Shown here one piece after another: positions 28,040-38,033 of a DNA stretch of 64,000 bases. The translations under genes and the position numbers were made by a program. Under the pieces are notes generated by a model. It worked only from the letters and a program-made list of their open reading frames with translations. It was not told the DNA's origin and did not search any database. Numbering within the stretch: the stretch's first letter is position 1; each line of letters starts with the position of its first letter. Source of the stretch: an uncultured Rickettsiales bacterium (GTDB taxonomy: Bacteria; Pseudomonadota; Alphaproteobacteria; Rickettsiales; UBA8987); NCBI GenBank assembly GCA_964588995.1, contig CAZPQM010000002.1, forward strand, positions 59,459-123,458, in the 5' to 3' direction.

Positions 28040-29557
28040 ATGGCCATGAAGACAAGCGCAGTGAATTCACAGCAACTACTGCAAGTAATGCCTGTTAATG
28101 TTATCACCTGTGATAAAAATACGCATGTTATTACGTTTGCGAACAGTCAGTCCAAAAAAACATTAAATCACCTTCAGAAGCTCCTCCCAAGGAACGTTAC
28201 CGGAGATAACATTGTTGGCCAACCTGCAGATATATTGCGCGGCGTGAGTGGCCAGTCAAAAGAATTATTGAGTAATCTGCCTTCGCTCCCTCATGAAAAA
28301 ATTGTAGCGCTGGGGCATGAGTTTCTAAAACTGAGCATTTCTGACATGCCGGGCTCAGGCGGCACACTCATGATCATGTGGGAGGTGGTTACCGAAACGG
28401 AGCGCTTAAAGCGGATGGCGGATAAAATGCCGATCAATCTGATGATGTGCGATCCGGTAGATTTTAACATTGTGTATTTGAATGAAACCAGCCTGAAGAC
28501 ACTCCGCGAGATTGAGCATTTATTGCCGATTAAAGCTGATGAGGTGCTTGGTTCCTGCATTGATGTGTTCCATAAAGAGCCTTCCTACCAGCGCGAAATC
28601 CTCAAAGATCCGAGTAATTTGCCGCATCGGGGGCGGATTCAACTCGGAGATCAGCAATTGGAGCTAAACGTGTCAGCCATTGTGGATGATGATGGTAGCT
28701 ATCTGGGGCCGATGGTCTCCTGGAGGGTAATGACGGATGAGTCTAGATTGACTGAAAAAGTCACCTCTATATCTGGGACAGTTGCTGCTGCGGCCACCGA
28801 GCTGTTGCAAACGGCGGATAATCTGGGTCAAATGACAAAGAATGCGAGCGAGCGCACGGAAGTAGTGTCCGAAGCGTCGACGAAAACCTCAAATAATGTG
28901 TCATCCATCGCTTCGGCGATTGAGGAAATGACCTCCTCCATTCAGGAAATTTCCGAGCAGATGGCAAACTCGCGCAATGAAGTGGAAAAGGCCGTTGACC
29001 TTACCACCAAGGCGGATAAGGCGTCGGGTACGTTGGCAGAAGCTGCCGGGTCGATTGATAAGGTGGTGCAGTTGATTAAGGACATTTCCTCGCAGATTAA
29101 CCTGCTCGCGCTCAATGCGACGATTGAGGCGGCGCGCGCCGGTGAGGCGGGTAAAGGCTTTGCTGTAGTCGCTAGCGAGGTGAAGGAGCTCGCCGGGCAG
29201 ACCAATAAGGCGACGGAGGAAATCAGTGGTAACATCGCGAATATCCAAGGCGTGTCGAAAGAAGTGGTTGAGTCGCTCACCAGCATCCGCGAGGCGGTGG
29301 AAACGGTCAATCAATATTCCGCTTCGGTCGCTGCTGCCGTGGAAGAGCAAAGCTCGGCTGCCGAGGAGATTTCCAACAATATGCAGGTGGCTAGTGACGG
29401 GGTGAATACGATCAATGAAAATGTGACTAATATCGCTTCAGATGTGCAGCATGCGGATCAATCGGCAAGTGAGTTGAAAGAAGCCGCGCAAAGCCTGTCA
29501 GCACAGGCGGAAGGGTTGAATCAGGAAATCGCTGAGTTCCTCGAAGGGACGAGGTAG
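28040..29557 (+). CDS. Soluble methyl-accepting chemotaxis protein with two PAS-like domains
   Basis: No TM segment; two related N-terminal repeats (MPVNVITCD.. and MPINLMMCD..); signalling hairpin [31 protein letters not shown]. Confidence 0.92.
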   Translation: MAMKTSAVNSQQLLQVMPVNVITCDKNTHVITFANSQSKKTLNHLQKLLPRNVTGDNIVGQPADILRGVSGQSKELLSNLPSLPHEKIVALGHEFLKLSISDMPGSGGTLMIMWEVVTETERLKRMADKMPINLMMCDPVDFNIVYLNETSLKTLREIEHLLPIKADEVLGSCIDVFHKEPSYQREILKDPSNLPHRGRIQLGDQQLELNVSAIVDDDGSYLGPMVSWRVMTDESRLTEKVTSISGTVAAAATELLQTADNLGQMTKNASERTEVVSEASTKTSNNVSSIASAIEEMTSSIQEISEQMANSRNEVEKAVDLTTKADKASGTLAEAAGSIDKVVQLIKDISSQINLLALNATIEAARAGEAGKGFAVVASEVKELAGQTNKATEEISGNIANIQGVSKEVVESLTSIREAVETVNQYSASVAAAVEEQSSAAEEISNNMQVASDGVNTINENVTNIASDVQHADQSASELKEAAQSLSAQAEGLNQEIAEFLEGTR

Positions 29558-29601
29558 GCCACGGTGACGAGAAATACTTGTCATTGAAGGAACTGTCTAT
29601 A

Positions 29602-29835
29602 TCAAACCCGAAACTGATCCATGATGCCAAGGCTAAGGAGATACATTAGCACGATGGTGATAATCAGGGTCACGATTGATGTCAGCAGGATTTTTTTCCT
29701 GAGCATCGGGTGTTTAGGTGCTCCGGCATCATGCCCTTCTTCTGGCTTTTCCTCGCGCTTCATCCCAATTGGTAGCACCGCAAAAAAGCACAGCCACCAA
29801 ACAATGAGGTAAATAAAAAGGAATTGGATGATCAT
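29602..29835 (-). CDS. DUF1467-family small membrane protein
   Basis: YLIVWWLCFFAVLPIG..GHDAGAP..P..KK pattern. Confidence 0.8.
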   Translation of the reverse strand: MIIQFLFIYLIVWWLCFFAVLPIGMKREEKPEEGHDAGAPKHPMLRKKILLTSIVTLIITIVLMYLLSLGIMDQFRV

Positions 29836-29910
29836 TTGCAGCGCAGCCTGTAATAAAATGGTAATGTAAACTTGTTAGATTATAAACGTTTATTACATTT
29901 TTTGGCTTTT

Positions 29911-30123
29911 ATGAAACTTTTTCTTCTTGTAGTTTTGTTATTTCCGCTGCCAGCCTATGCTTATCTGGATTCGTTTACCGGCAGTATGATTGTCCAGGGG
30001 ATCATCGCCTTTATCGTGACTGTGATTTACGTTTGTAAAAAGAAGTGGCGGCAGCTTAAGGCCTTTCTGGGCTTTAAAAGCAATGATGATAGCCTCGAAG
30101 ATACGATAAATGACGACAAGTAA
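29911..30123 (+). CDS. Small membrane protein with AYLDxxTGSM motif
   Basis: MKLFLLVVLLFPLPAYAYLDSFTGSMIVQGIIAFIVTVIYVCKKKW; overlaps the start of the next gene. Confidence 0.75.
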   Translation: MKLFLLVVLLFPLPAYAYLDSFTGSMIVQGIIAFIVTVIYVCKKKWRQLKAFLGFKSNDDSLEDTINDDK

Positions 30124-31499
30124 GCTAAAGCCTCACCTTGGCTCTTTTAAAGACCCGGATTCAGGCGTTTACGTTTCAGACGGAAAAATTTACCGCACTA
30201 TCAACCTGTCAATGCAAAAAGACTTTGAGCATTTTTTGCAATCAGGCTTGTATAATGAATTGATAAATCGAAATTGGATTGTGCCGTTTGAGGAAACATC
30301 ACTCAAGCATAAAGGGGCTTGGAAGGTTCTGTCCCACCCTAAACTTCCCTTTATTAGCTTACCCCTATGAGTGGTGTTTTGGCCAATTGCAGGAAGCGGC
30401 ATTACTTACGCTAAAAATTCAAAGGCTCGCATTAGAGTACGGCATGAGCCTGAAAGATGCGAGCGCCTATAACGTTCAGATTGGACAGCAAGGTATGGTC
30501 TTTATCGATATCGGTTCATTTGAGCTATATGAAAAAGACACGCCTTGGGTCGCTTATATGCAATTTTGCGAGCATTTCTTGTATCCCTTGGCGTTGATGC
30601 AGTACACAGACTTAGGAATGAATCAGCTACTACAATTATACCCAGACGGTATTACGGCCAGATTATCTAAAAAGATGTTACCCTTTTACGCCAGATGTAA
30701 TCTTGGCTTGCTATTGCATCTTTATCTGCATGGTCATTCCGTTGAAGAGCATGAAAACACGTTTGACGCCGCGACGACAAAAGCCCAGTTAAGTAAATCT
30801 AAGCTGTATAAACTACTATCGAGTTTATACGACGCGATAAAAAAACTAAGGCCACGCAAGGAATCAACACAATGGGCAGACTACACGGCACTTACAAGTT
30901 ACACTGACGCATCAATGCAAAGTAAGAAAACCAGTATTCTGGAATGGCTTGTTGACATCAAACCGAACCGCCTTATCGATCTTGGCGCGAATAATGGTTA
31001 TTACACATTCGCTGCCGCAGAGTATGCACAAGAAATTATCGCCTGTGACATCGACCCCAACTGCGTTTCACAATTATGGAATGAAGCGGCCTCATCGCAA
31101 TTATACATTGCGCCGGTCTGCAATAATCTACTCGCACCCTCTCCCGCTATAGGTTGGAATAACACGGAACGATCTACTTTAATTGATCGACTGTCGGAGG
31201 CAGAGGTAGATTGCGTGCTTTCGCTTGCGCTTATACATCATTTATGCATTACAGGTCATGTTAGATTCGATCAGCTGGCCGTATGGTATCAGAGGATGGT
31301 TAAGCGCTATCTCATTCTTGAGTGGGTGCCTCTTGAAGATGAGCAAACGCAAAAATTGGTCGGCGGTAGAGCAGAGCAATTCTCTCATTATAAAGAGCGC
31401 TCTTTTTTGTCGGCTATGGAGCCATATTTTAATTTGGTCAAACAACAAGAGATAAAAGGGTCTTGCAGGAAATTACTGCTTTTTGAGGTTAAATGCTAA
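30110..31499 (+). pseudogene. NoeA-like kinase-like + class I SAM methyltransferase fusion, frameshifted at ~30359
   Basis: ORF1 ends PFISLPL*; ORF2 contains YPYEW; removing one T from AGCTTAC restores PFISYPYEW; LKDASAYN and FIDIGSF motifs; LIDLGANNG SAM motif. Confidence 0.8.
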
Positions 31500-33103
31500 G
31501 AATTGCTATTACATGTTATATGTTGCTGCTCGCAGCGTCTATGGTCGTGCTCGTTGCTTATCATGCATCAGCGGAATGGATGAGCAGGCCTTTTATGCTC
31601 GATGTGATAGCAGTGTTGTTTTTTGTATCCTTGGCTGTTCACTTATTATTGAACCTGAAATTACAGAATTACCTATTGACACTGAATATCGTCGTCTGGC
31701 TGATCCTGTTTTTATTACTCTATGACTTCTTTTTTCAATTCCTGGGGCTAGTTCTTAGTGTCGTAGCTGGAAACGCTACTATCCATATTTATGTGCAGCA
31801 TGGTATCGTGCTGACGCTTTATTTATTGCTTCTGTTTCTGTTAGTGAAAGTGGAAAAGCACTCCATTGTACTCATTACGATGATTACGCATATATTCACG
31901 CTGCCTCTGCTGGCTGAGAACCTCGCAATTTTTACTTCTCAGGAAATAACATTAAATCAGAAAAATATAATAGCAGGTCTGGATGATGATCAAGCGATTA
32001 AGCCCGATATTTTCTATATTGTGCCGGATGGGTATACGAATAACGAAAATCTGAAACAGTTTTATGACTTTGATAATTCGCAATTTACGGAAGAACTTGA
32101 AGAAAATGGATTTTATATTGCAGAGGATAGTCGCGCTAATTACTTAAATACTCATGGCTCATTATCATCCACCTTAAATCTAGATTATTTAGACGAAATG
32201 GTTCAGCGTCTGGGCGATAATGCCAAGGAGTTGGCGGATTTAGCACCTTACTTATCGAGTAATAAAGTAATGAATAGTCTTCACAAGCTAGGATATAAAA
32301 TGCTAATAGCTCCGTCATTTTATCGGTTTTTTGTGGAAAAGCTGGCCGAAGCTTATCGTGATAATGATAAAAAAGATGATCAGAAAACGGATTCCGGCCT
32401 AGTCCAAAATATTAAATCATTTTCCATCTTGTCTGCACAATTCAAGCGGCAAGAAAGTAACTCAAACTATCGCATTAATAGCACGTTGTTTGAGAACGTG
32501 GTTCGCAGGCTGGAAGGCCTGAGCCGCACGACCCAAGAGCCGATATTCTATTTTATGCACCTCTTGTTACCCCATAAACCTATGAATGTAGACGATAGAG
32601 GGAACTTTCAACCTGATCCTATTTTTCTGGATGGCCCCAAATTCTCTATGCGATACTGGAAAAGCGTAGAACAGGACAAAGATGATAACTATTTTTACGA
32701 TTTATATAAGCGTGGTTATGTTAATAATGTCCGCTTTTTTAACACGCGCTTTCTGGAATTTTTACGTTATTTGAAGTCACATCATCCGCGTCCATTCATT
32801 ATTATGCTTTTGGCCGACCATGGCTGGGCAGAAGCAGAAGTGAATCTAGAGCATATAGACAATAAAAAGAACAATAGACCTTTTGACCCCGTATATATAA
32901 AGCAACGCTCTTATATTTTAAATGCGGTTTATTTCCACAACCAAGATTATTCGGAGCTATCTCAAGATATAGGACCAATCAATACCTTCAGGGCATTGTT
33001 CAACACGCATTTTGGTACTACTCTTCCTTATTTAAAGGAGAGAAGCTTCCACAAAGGAAAAAAGAATGTCCTAGACTTTATAGATGTGACGGACTTAGAA
33101 TAA
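31493..33103 (+). CDS. Polytopic membrane protein with alkaline-phosphatase-superfamily (LtaS/sulfatase-like) domain
   Basis: Five N-terminal hydrophobic segments; PDIFYIVPDGY, NYLNTHGSLSSTLN (Thr nucleophile position), HLLLPHKP, LADHG; AT-rich. Confidence 0.8.
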   Translation: MLRIAITCYMLLLAASMVVLVAYHASAEWMSRPFMLDVIAVLFFVSLAVHLLLNLKLQNYLLTLNIVVWLILFLLLYDFFFQFLGLVLSVVAGNATIHIYVQHGIVLTLYLLLLFLLVKVEKHSIVLITMITHIFTLPLLAENLAIFTSQEITLNQKNIIAGLDDDQAIKPDIFYIVPDGYTNNENLKQFYDFDNSQFTEELEENGFYIAEDSRANYLNTHGSLSSTLNLDYLDEMVQRLGDNAKELADLAPYLSSNKVMNSLHKLGYKMLIAPSFYRFFVEKLAEAYRDNDKKDDQKTDSGLVQNIKSFSILSAQFKRQESNSNYRINSTLFENVVRRLEGLSRTTQEPIFYFMHLLLPHKPMNVDDRGNFQPDPIFLDGPKFSMRYWKSVEQDKDDNYFYDLYKRGYVNNVRFFNTRFLEFLRYLKSHHPRPFIIMLLADHGWAEAEVNLEHIDNKKNNRPFDPVYIKQRSYILNAVYFHNQDYSELSQDIGPINTFRALFNTHFGTTLPYLKERSFHKGKKNVLDFIDVTDLE

Positions 33104-33110
33104 GGCATTC

Positions 33111-34946
33111 ATGCCGCAGCAACTCGTACTCTCCATTACCGACGGATATGTCACCTTTGGCGGAAAACCGCTGTTTGAAGGGCTGGATTTTACCATCCAT
33201 GAAGGCGACCGCATCGCGCTAGTGGGCCGCAACGGCGCGGGGAAAACCACGTTGATGCGGTCCATCACCGGTGAACGGGAGCTCGACGGGGGCAAACGCT
33301 GGGAAATGCCTGGCGTCACGATTGGTTATTTGCAGCAGGATGTGACGCCGAAGCCAGGGCAAAGCGTGTATGAATTTGTCGCAACCGGGCTTGGTGAAGA
33401 TAAAGATATTGAGCTTTACGGCTATATGATCGACATGGTGATGGAGCCGTTTGAGCTGGATCCGAACGCGCTGATGACACAGCTTTCGGGCGGGCAAGTG
33501 CGGCGGGCAGCACTGGCGAAGTCGCTCGTTGAAGACCCGGATGTGCTGCTGCTCGATGAACCGACGAACCATCTCGATCTTGCGGGGATAGAGTGGCTCG
33601 AGGAATATCTTGCAAATTACCGCGGCACGCTACTTTGCGTCAGTCACGATAAAACCTTCTTAAGCAACATTACCAATAAAATCTTCTGGCTGGATCGCGG
33701 GCGGATTCGGGTGGCGCCAAAGGGCTTTAAATATTTTGATGAATGGTCGGAGGAGCTGCTGGAGCAGGAGCGGCGCGAGCTGGAGAACCGTAAGAAAATC
33801 GTCGCGCAGGAAGTGGAGTGGGCTAGCAAAGGCGTGAAAGCGCGGCGGAAGCGCAATGTGCGGCGCCTAGAACAAATGAAAGAAGCGCGCGATAGGCTTA
33901 AAAGCGACCAAAGCTCCTACCGCAAAATGGTGCGGAAAGTGGAGCTGGAGCCGCTCAAATCCGATCAGGCGAGTAAGGTGGTTGCGGAGTTTTTCAATGT
34001 GGGTAAATCATTTGAGCGTGATGGTAAGGTCAAGCCGATTCTCGACAAGTTCAATATGCGGATTATGCGCGGCGACCGGATCGGTATTCTCGGCAAAAAC
34101 GGCTCGGGCAAGACGACATTTTTAAAGCTCCTCATCAAACAGCTCGAGCCGGATAGCGGCAAGGTGAAGCTGAGCGATGCGGCAGAAATCGCCTATTTTG
34201 ACCAGAAGCGGGCGGATTTGAAACTCGATGAATCGATGCGGAAGAACCTCTGCCCCAATGGCGGCGATTACGTCAATGTGATGGGTAAGCCGCGCCATGT
34301 CTGCGGCTATTTAAAAGATTTTCTGTTCGATCCGAAAGAGGCGGATACACCAGTCAAAACCCTCTCTGGTGGACAGAAAAACCGGCTTATGCTAGCTAAA
34401 ACCCTCGCCAATCCGGGCAATTTTCTTATTCTGGACGAGCCGACCAACGATCTGGATGTCGATACGCTTGAAATGCTGGAAGAAACGCTGTCAAAATACG
34501 ACGGTACGCTGTTTGTGGTGAGCCATGATCGGGATTTTTTGGATCAGACGGTGACAAAAATTCTCGCGTTTGAAGGGAATGCTGAGGTGGAGGGGTTTAT
34601 TGGCGGCTATAGCGATTATCTGGCAGCGACGCGCGGGGTAAAGCCAGAAGCGACGAAAAAAACGCCGCAGCCTAAGCTCAAGCAGAATGACGAGAAAATC
34701 GTCCAAAAAGCGCCGCAGCAACTCTCCTATAAATACCAACGCGAACTGGATCAATTGCCTGAGGAAATTGCATCGCTTGAAAAGGAAAAAGAGGAACTTC
34801 AGACCCTGCTGAACCAGCCGGATTTATACATGGCTGATCCGGAAACGTTTGATAAGGCCAGCCGCCAGCTGGGGCGGGTAACTGAGGCGCTGGAGGCTAA
34901 AGAGACACGCTGGCTCGAGTTAGAGGCAATGCGCGAGGCGCTGTAG
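33111..34946 (+). CDS. uup: ABC-F family ATPase Uup
   Basis: Two ABC cassettes (GRNGAGKT / GKNGSGKT, LSGGQ, LDEPTN, SHD) and C-terminal LSYKYQREL..RWLELE tail. Confidence 0.92.
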   Translation: MPQQLVLSITDGYVTFGGKPLFEGLDFTIHEGDRIALVGRNGAGKTTLMRSITGERELDGGKRWEMPGVTIGYLQQDVTPKPGQSVYEFVATGLGEDKDIELYGYMIDMVMEPFELDPNALMTQLSGGQVRRAALAKSLVEDPDVLLLDEPTNHLDLAGIEWLEEYLANYRGTLLCVSHDKTFLSNITNKIFWLDRGRIRVAPKGFKYFDEWSEELLEQERRELENRKKIVAQEVEWASKGVKARRKRNVRRLEQMKEARDRLKSDQSSYRKMVRKVELEPLKSDQASKVVAEFFNVGKSFERDGKVKPILDKFNMRIMRGDRIGILGKNGSGKTTFLKLLIKQLEPDSGKVKLSDAAEIAYFDQKRADLKLDESMRKNLCPNGGDYVNVMGKPRHVCGYLKDFLFDPKEADTPVKTLSGGQKNRLMLAKTLANPGNFLILDEPTNDLDVDTLEMLEETLSKYDGTLFVVSHDRDFLDQTVTKILAFEGNAEVEGFIGGYSDYLAATRGVKPEATKKTPQPKLKQNDEKIVQKAPQQLSYKYQRELDQLPEEIASLEKEKEELQTLLNQPDLYMADPETFDKASRQLGRVTEALEAKETRWLELEAMREAL

Positions 34947-34951
34947 CGCCC

Positions 34952-35044
34952 CGTCATCACGAGGAGCGAAGCGACGCAGTGATCTCGCTTTGGCATACTC
35001 CGCCTGAGATTACTTCGTCAGGCAAAGCCTTCCTCGCAATGACG
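34952..35044. repeat. CGTCAT..ATGACG palindromic (REP-like) element
   Basis: cgtcatcacgaggag...cctcgcaatgacg, same family as 7977-8060; followed by a truncated left half gtcattctgaacttgattcag at 35061-35081. Confidence 0.85.
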
Positions 35045-35116
35045 GATAAGAACAGCCCCTGTCATTCTGAACTTGATTCAGCACCTCTTTATTGGAAAGC
35101 AAGGAAAGAAAGAGGC

Positions 35117-35171
35117 GGAGCCGCTTACTAGAGTGGTAGGGGGGGAGGAGAGGAGGAAGTTCAGCGGCTCC
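35117..35171 (-). terminator. Hairpin with large C/U-rich loop downstream of csbD (terminator or sRNA module)
   Basis: 9-bp stem ggagccgct/agcggctcc; on the minus strand the loop reads ttcctcctctcctccccccc and a pyrimidine tract follows. Confidence 0.45.
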
Positions 35172-35196
35172 TGTAGGTATCTATAAAAAGGCTACG

Positions 35197-35400
35197 TTAG
35201 GCAGCCTGACGGCTTTCCCACTCGTTAACCTGCTTTTCCGCTTCATCGCGAGCGATGCCATAGTTTTCCTGAATTTTTCCTACGAGCTGCTTGCGGTTGC
35301 CCTCAATCTTGTCAAGGTCGTCATTGGTGAGCTTGCCCCACTGCTCTTGTGCGGAACCTTTAAGATGTTTCCAGTTTCCTTTGATTTTATCTTCGTTCAT
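35197..35400 (-). CDS. csbD: CsbD-family general stress protein
   Basis: IKGNWKHLKGSAQEQWGKLTNDDLDKIEGNRKQLVGKIQENYG. Confidence 0.93.
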   Translation of the reverse strand: MNEDKIKGNWKHLKGSAQEQWGKLTNDDLDKIEGNRKQLVGKIQENYGIARDEAEKQVNEWESRQAA

Positions 35401-35554
35401 GGTGGACCTCAGTTCGTTGCGTCTGAGTTAATTACTATGCCGATTAATACAAATTTACGATGCGCCGGTTAAGGGCAAAATATAAAATTTCAATAAAAGC
35501 AGGGCGGTGCTTATTTGCCATTGCAGTTCATATCGTCTAAAAACGGGCCAGAGC

Positions 35555-35631
35555 GTCCCCGTAGCTCAGCAGGATAGAGCACAGGATTCCTAATCCTGGG
35601 GCCGTGGGTTCGAATCCCGCCGGGGACACCA
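35555..35631 (+). tRNA. tRNA-Arg (anticodon CCT)
   Basis: Acceptor stem GTCCCCG/CGGGGAC, D-arm GCTC/GAGC, anticodon arm CAGGA-TTCCTAA-TCCTG, GGTTCGAATCC T-loop, encoded CCA. Confidence 0.97.
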
Positions 35632-35800
35632 TCCTACAAAGGGTATATTCTTGTTAGATAGGTAACAGTTTATTCCTAAGACATAGTATACAATTATTCG
35701 ACAGCACTACTACAGGCTTATGTTGCAGCTCCGGCCGAAACACCCGCTCACAGGATGCATAGAAGTTATTACAATCTACGAGCGCAAACATAGGTTCCCC

Positions 35801-35829
35801 TTGCATTCTCGCTTATTATACGCTATAAT
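35801..35829 (+). promoter_or_regulatory. Orphan sigma70-like promoter
   Basis: TTGCAT-N17-TATAAT; the only downstream + strand ORF is aagga RBS + MWGCY*. Confidence 0.35.
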
Positions 35830-35903
35830 CCTGTTAATTATTATCTACATTCGTAGATGGCCTAAAGGACAAAATGTGGGGCTGTTATTAGGCTAATTTA
35901 CTT

Positions 35904-37907
35904 TCATTTTTTGCATTTCAGCAAGTATTTCGCACCTGCATGGAGCTCCCACTGATCGGCGACTAAGCCGGCGCCGATATAGAACTGATGCTCAGGAATG
36001 TAGGGCAGTTCATCGCCGGAGGTGACGTTACCCCATTCGTCAAATGCGCTTACGAAGCTGTTTTTGAACTCCGCATTGGTGTAGGTGTAGGTGAAGTGCA
36101 ATGGCACGGAGATATGCTTCAGGCCAAGCGCTTCTGCTGCATTATAGGAAAGCATCGCCTCTATACCATAGGTGTCAACCTCTCCGGCATTAAACTGTGT
36201 ACCCATCGGAGCTGTGCAGCCTGATGACAAGGTGCATTCGCCGAGCAGGTTGGAGTAATCGTGGAAAAAACCCGCGACTTCTGCGCTGAAGAGCCCCTGA
36301 TTGTAGCGGGTGCCTATCTCGTAGTTGATGCTCTCTTCCTCATCATCGTTGGTGCTGCCCGGGGAAGGCGGTGCAAAGCCTTTGTGCACGCCACCAAAGA
36401 GGCTGATGGAGGGGTTGATCTCATAGCCAATACCAAGACCGGGTACAAAGGCCTTTACGGTATTTTCACGGTAGCTGCCGGAGTTGAAGTCGGTCCGTTC
36501 CAGCTTAATATGCTCATAGCGGAAACCGGGCACGAAGGTCCATGCATCGTAATTGATTTCATCCTGCACGTAAAATGCAATCGCGCGGGCATCAGCTTCG
36601 CGGTTCGCATTGGAACCGGGTGCGCCAGTTGAGGCGAGCTGCATAATACCGTTGGTGATGCTATAGGCGTCTTCACGCTGGAAGCGGTCTTCCTGATCGT
36701 AATGCAGGCGTGCGCCCAGTTCCAGATCATGCGAAACATCGCCCGTCAGGAAAGACGTTGCCACATCGGATTGAATTCCCGTGGAATAATATTCCCGGTT
36801 ATTGGTGCGTAAGGTGATATTGTTGTCCGCGCTACCATCGAGATCAAGCTCGCCGCGTAGTGCGGCTAAATGGCTGGCACTCTCCAGCGCATCCCCAATA
36901 CCTTCTTTTGCGCCGGCAACTTCAACGCTTTGTGATTTATACCAGTCGCGTGCAAATTCATTGCGGTAGAGCGTTGTGGTGATGTCAAAACGCTCAAATT
37001 CGATATAGTGGCGAAGTTGGTATTGCTGATGATCGGCGTCCATATTATCGAACTGCGAGGCGGCATAACGGCGGTAAGGGTCGGCGTTGAAATCCGCTTC
37101 TGTCAGGCCGAGATAGGTTTCATCGGAATCCTCCTGCGTGTAGCCGAACTTAAACTCAAGCGACTGTTAGATATCTTCGCTTGCGTCGGTATTCACGAGG
37201 AACTTAGCCATTACGTCCTAAATGGAATAGCCGGTATCGCCGCCGGTCACATCCATATCCTTAAAGCCATCGGTCTGCTCATGTCCTAAATCAAATATGA
37301 AACCAAAATTATCCACACTGTTACCATGGTGAATATCAACGCGCTGCGTGTTATAATTACCATAACCGAGTAGCGCTTCAAATTCCCGTTCGCTCGGGAT
37401 GGAACTTGAAATCAGGTTGACTGCCCCGCTGGTCGTGCGCGGGCCGAATTTAATGGTGCTGGAGCCTTTCCGCACTTCCACCCCTTCCATGCGCGCTACA
37501 CGAGGGAAGTAATAAGCGGAGGGGGCTGCGTAGGGTGCAGGGGCGATCAGTACGCCATCTTCCATCAAGGTGATGTCAGCGCTACGCTCGGAGCGGCCAC
37601 CGCGGATACCGATATTCGGCCGGTTTCCGTAGCCTTCTTCTTCCTGAAGATTAATCCCCGGCACCTGACGCAGCACGCGGTTAATGTCGGTATATTTGTA
37701 ATGTTCCAGAGTTTCTTCGCCGATAAACTGAGCGGAACCAGCAATATCTTCCACTTTTTCGGCACTGCCGATAACCATAACACGCTCCATCATGGTGCGG
37801 TCATAATCTGCCGGTGTTTTTTGTGTGTCCTCTGCATATACTGCTGTGGCCAGTGATGCGGCGGTTAGTACGGTCGAAGCGACCAGACTTTTTTGAACGA
37901 TGGCCAT
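35904..37907 (-). pseudogene. FecA-family TonB-dependent receptor, decayed
   Basis: Signal peptide, plug motifs [19 protein letters not shown]; ORFs 37218-37907 and 35904-37043 are in one frame, separated by TAG (37218-37220) and TAA (37167-37169); C-terminus degenerates at AKYLLKCKK* with no terminal beta-strand. Confidence 0.9.
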
Positions 37908-38033
37908 GAATTACCCCTAGTTTATCTAAAAAGTGTCATTAAGCTTAGCAATGTAAGGGGCGGAACATAGGAGGGCTTATGTAGGCCTGTCAAGCGCATT
38001 TTTGCAAGGTATTATCAGTTACGAGTATTGTGT

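Noticed and set aside
16738-37220. Amber (TAG) recoding or pyrrolysine suggested by two in-frame TAGs
   Set aside because: TAG is the normal stop of cheY, the ArsR gene, queF, the MCP, uup and wecG. The TonB gene also has a TAA and a frameshift, and no pyl genes or suppressor tRNA are present.
37309-37317. Single perfect DnaA box TTATCCACA
   Set aside because: Isolated and inside a former coding sequence; one 9-mer in 64 kb is compatible with chance.
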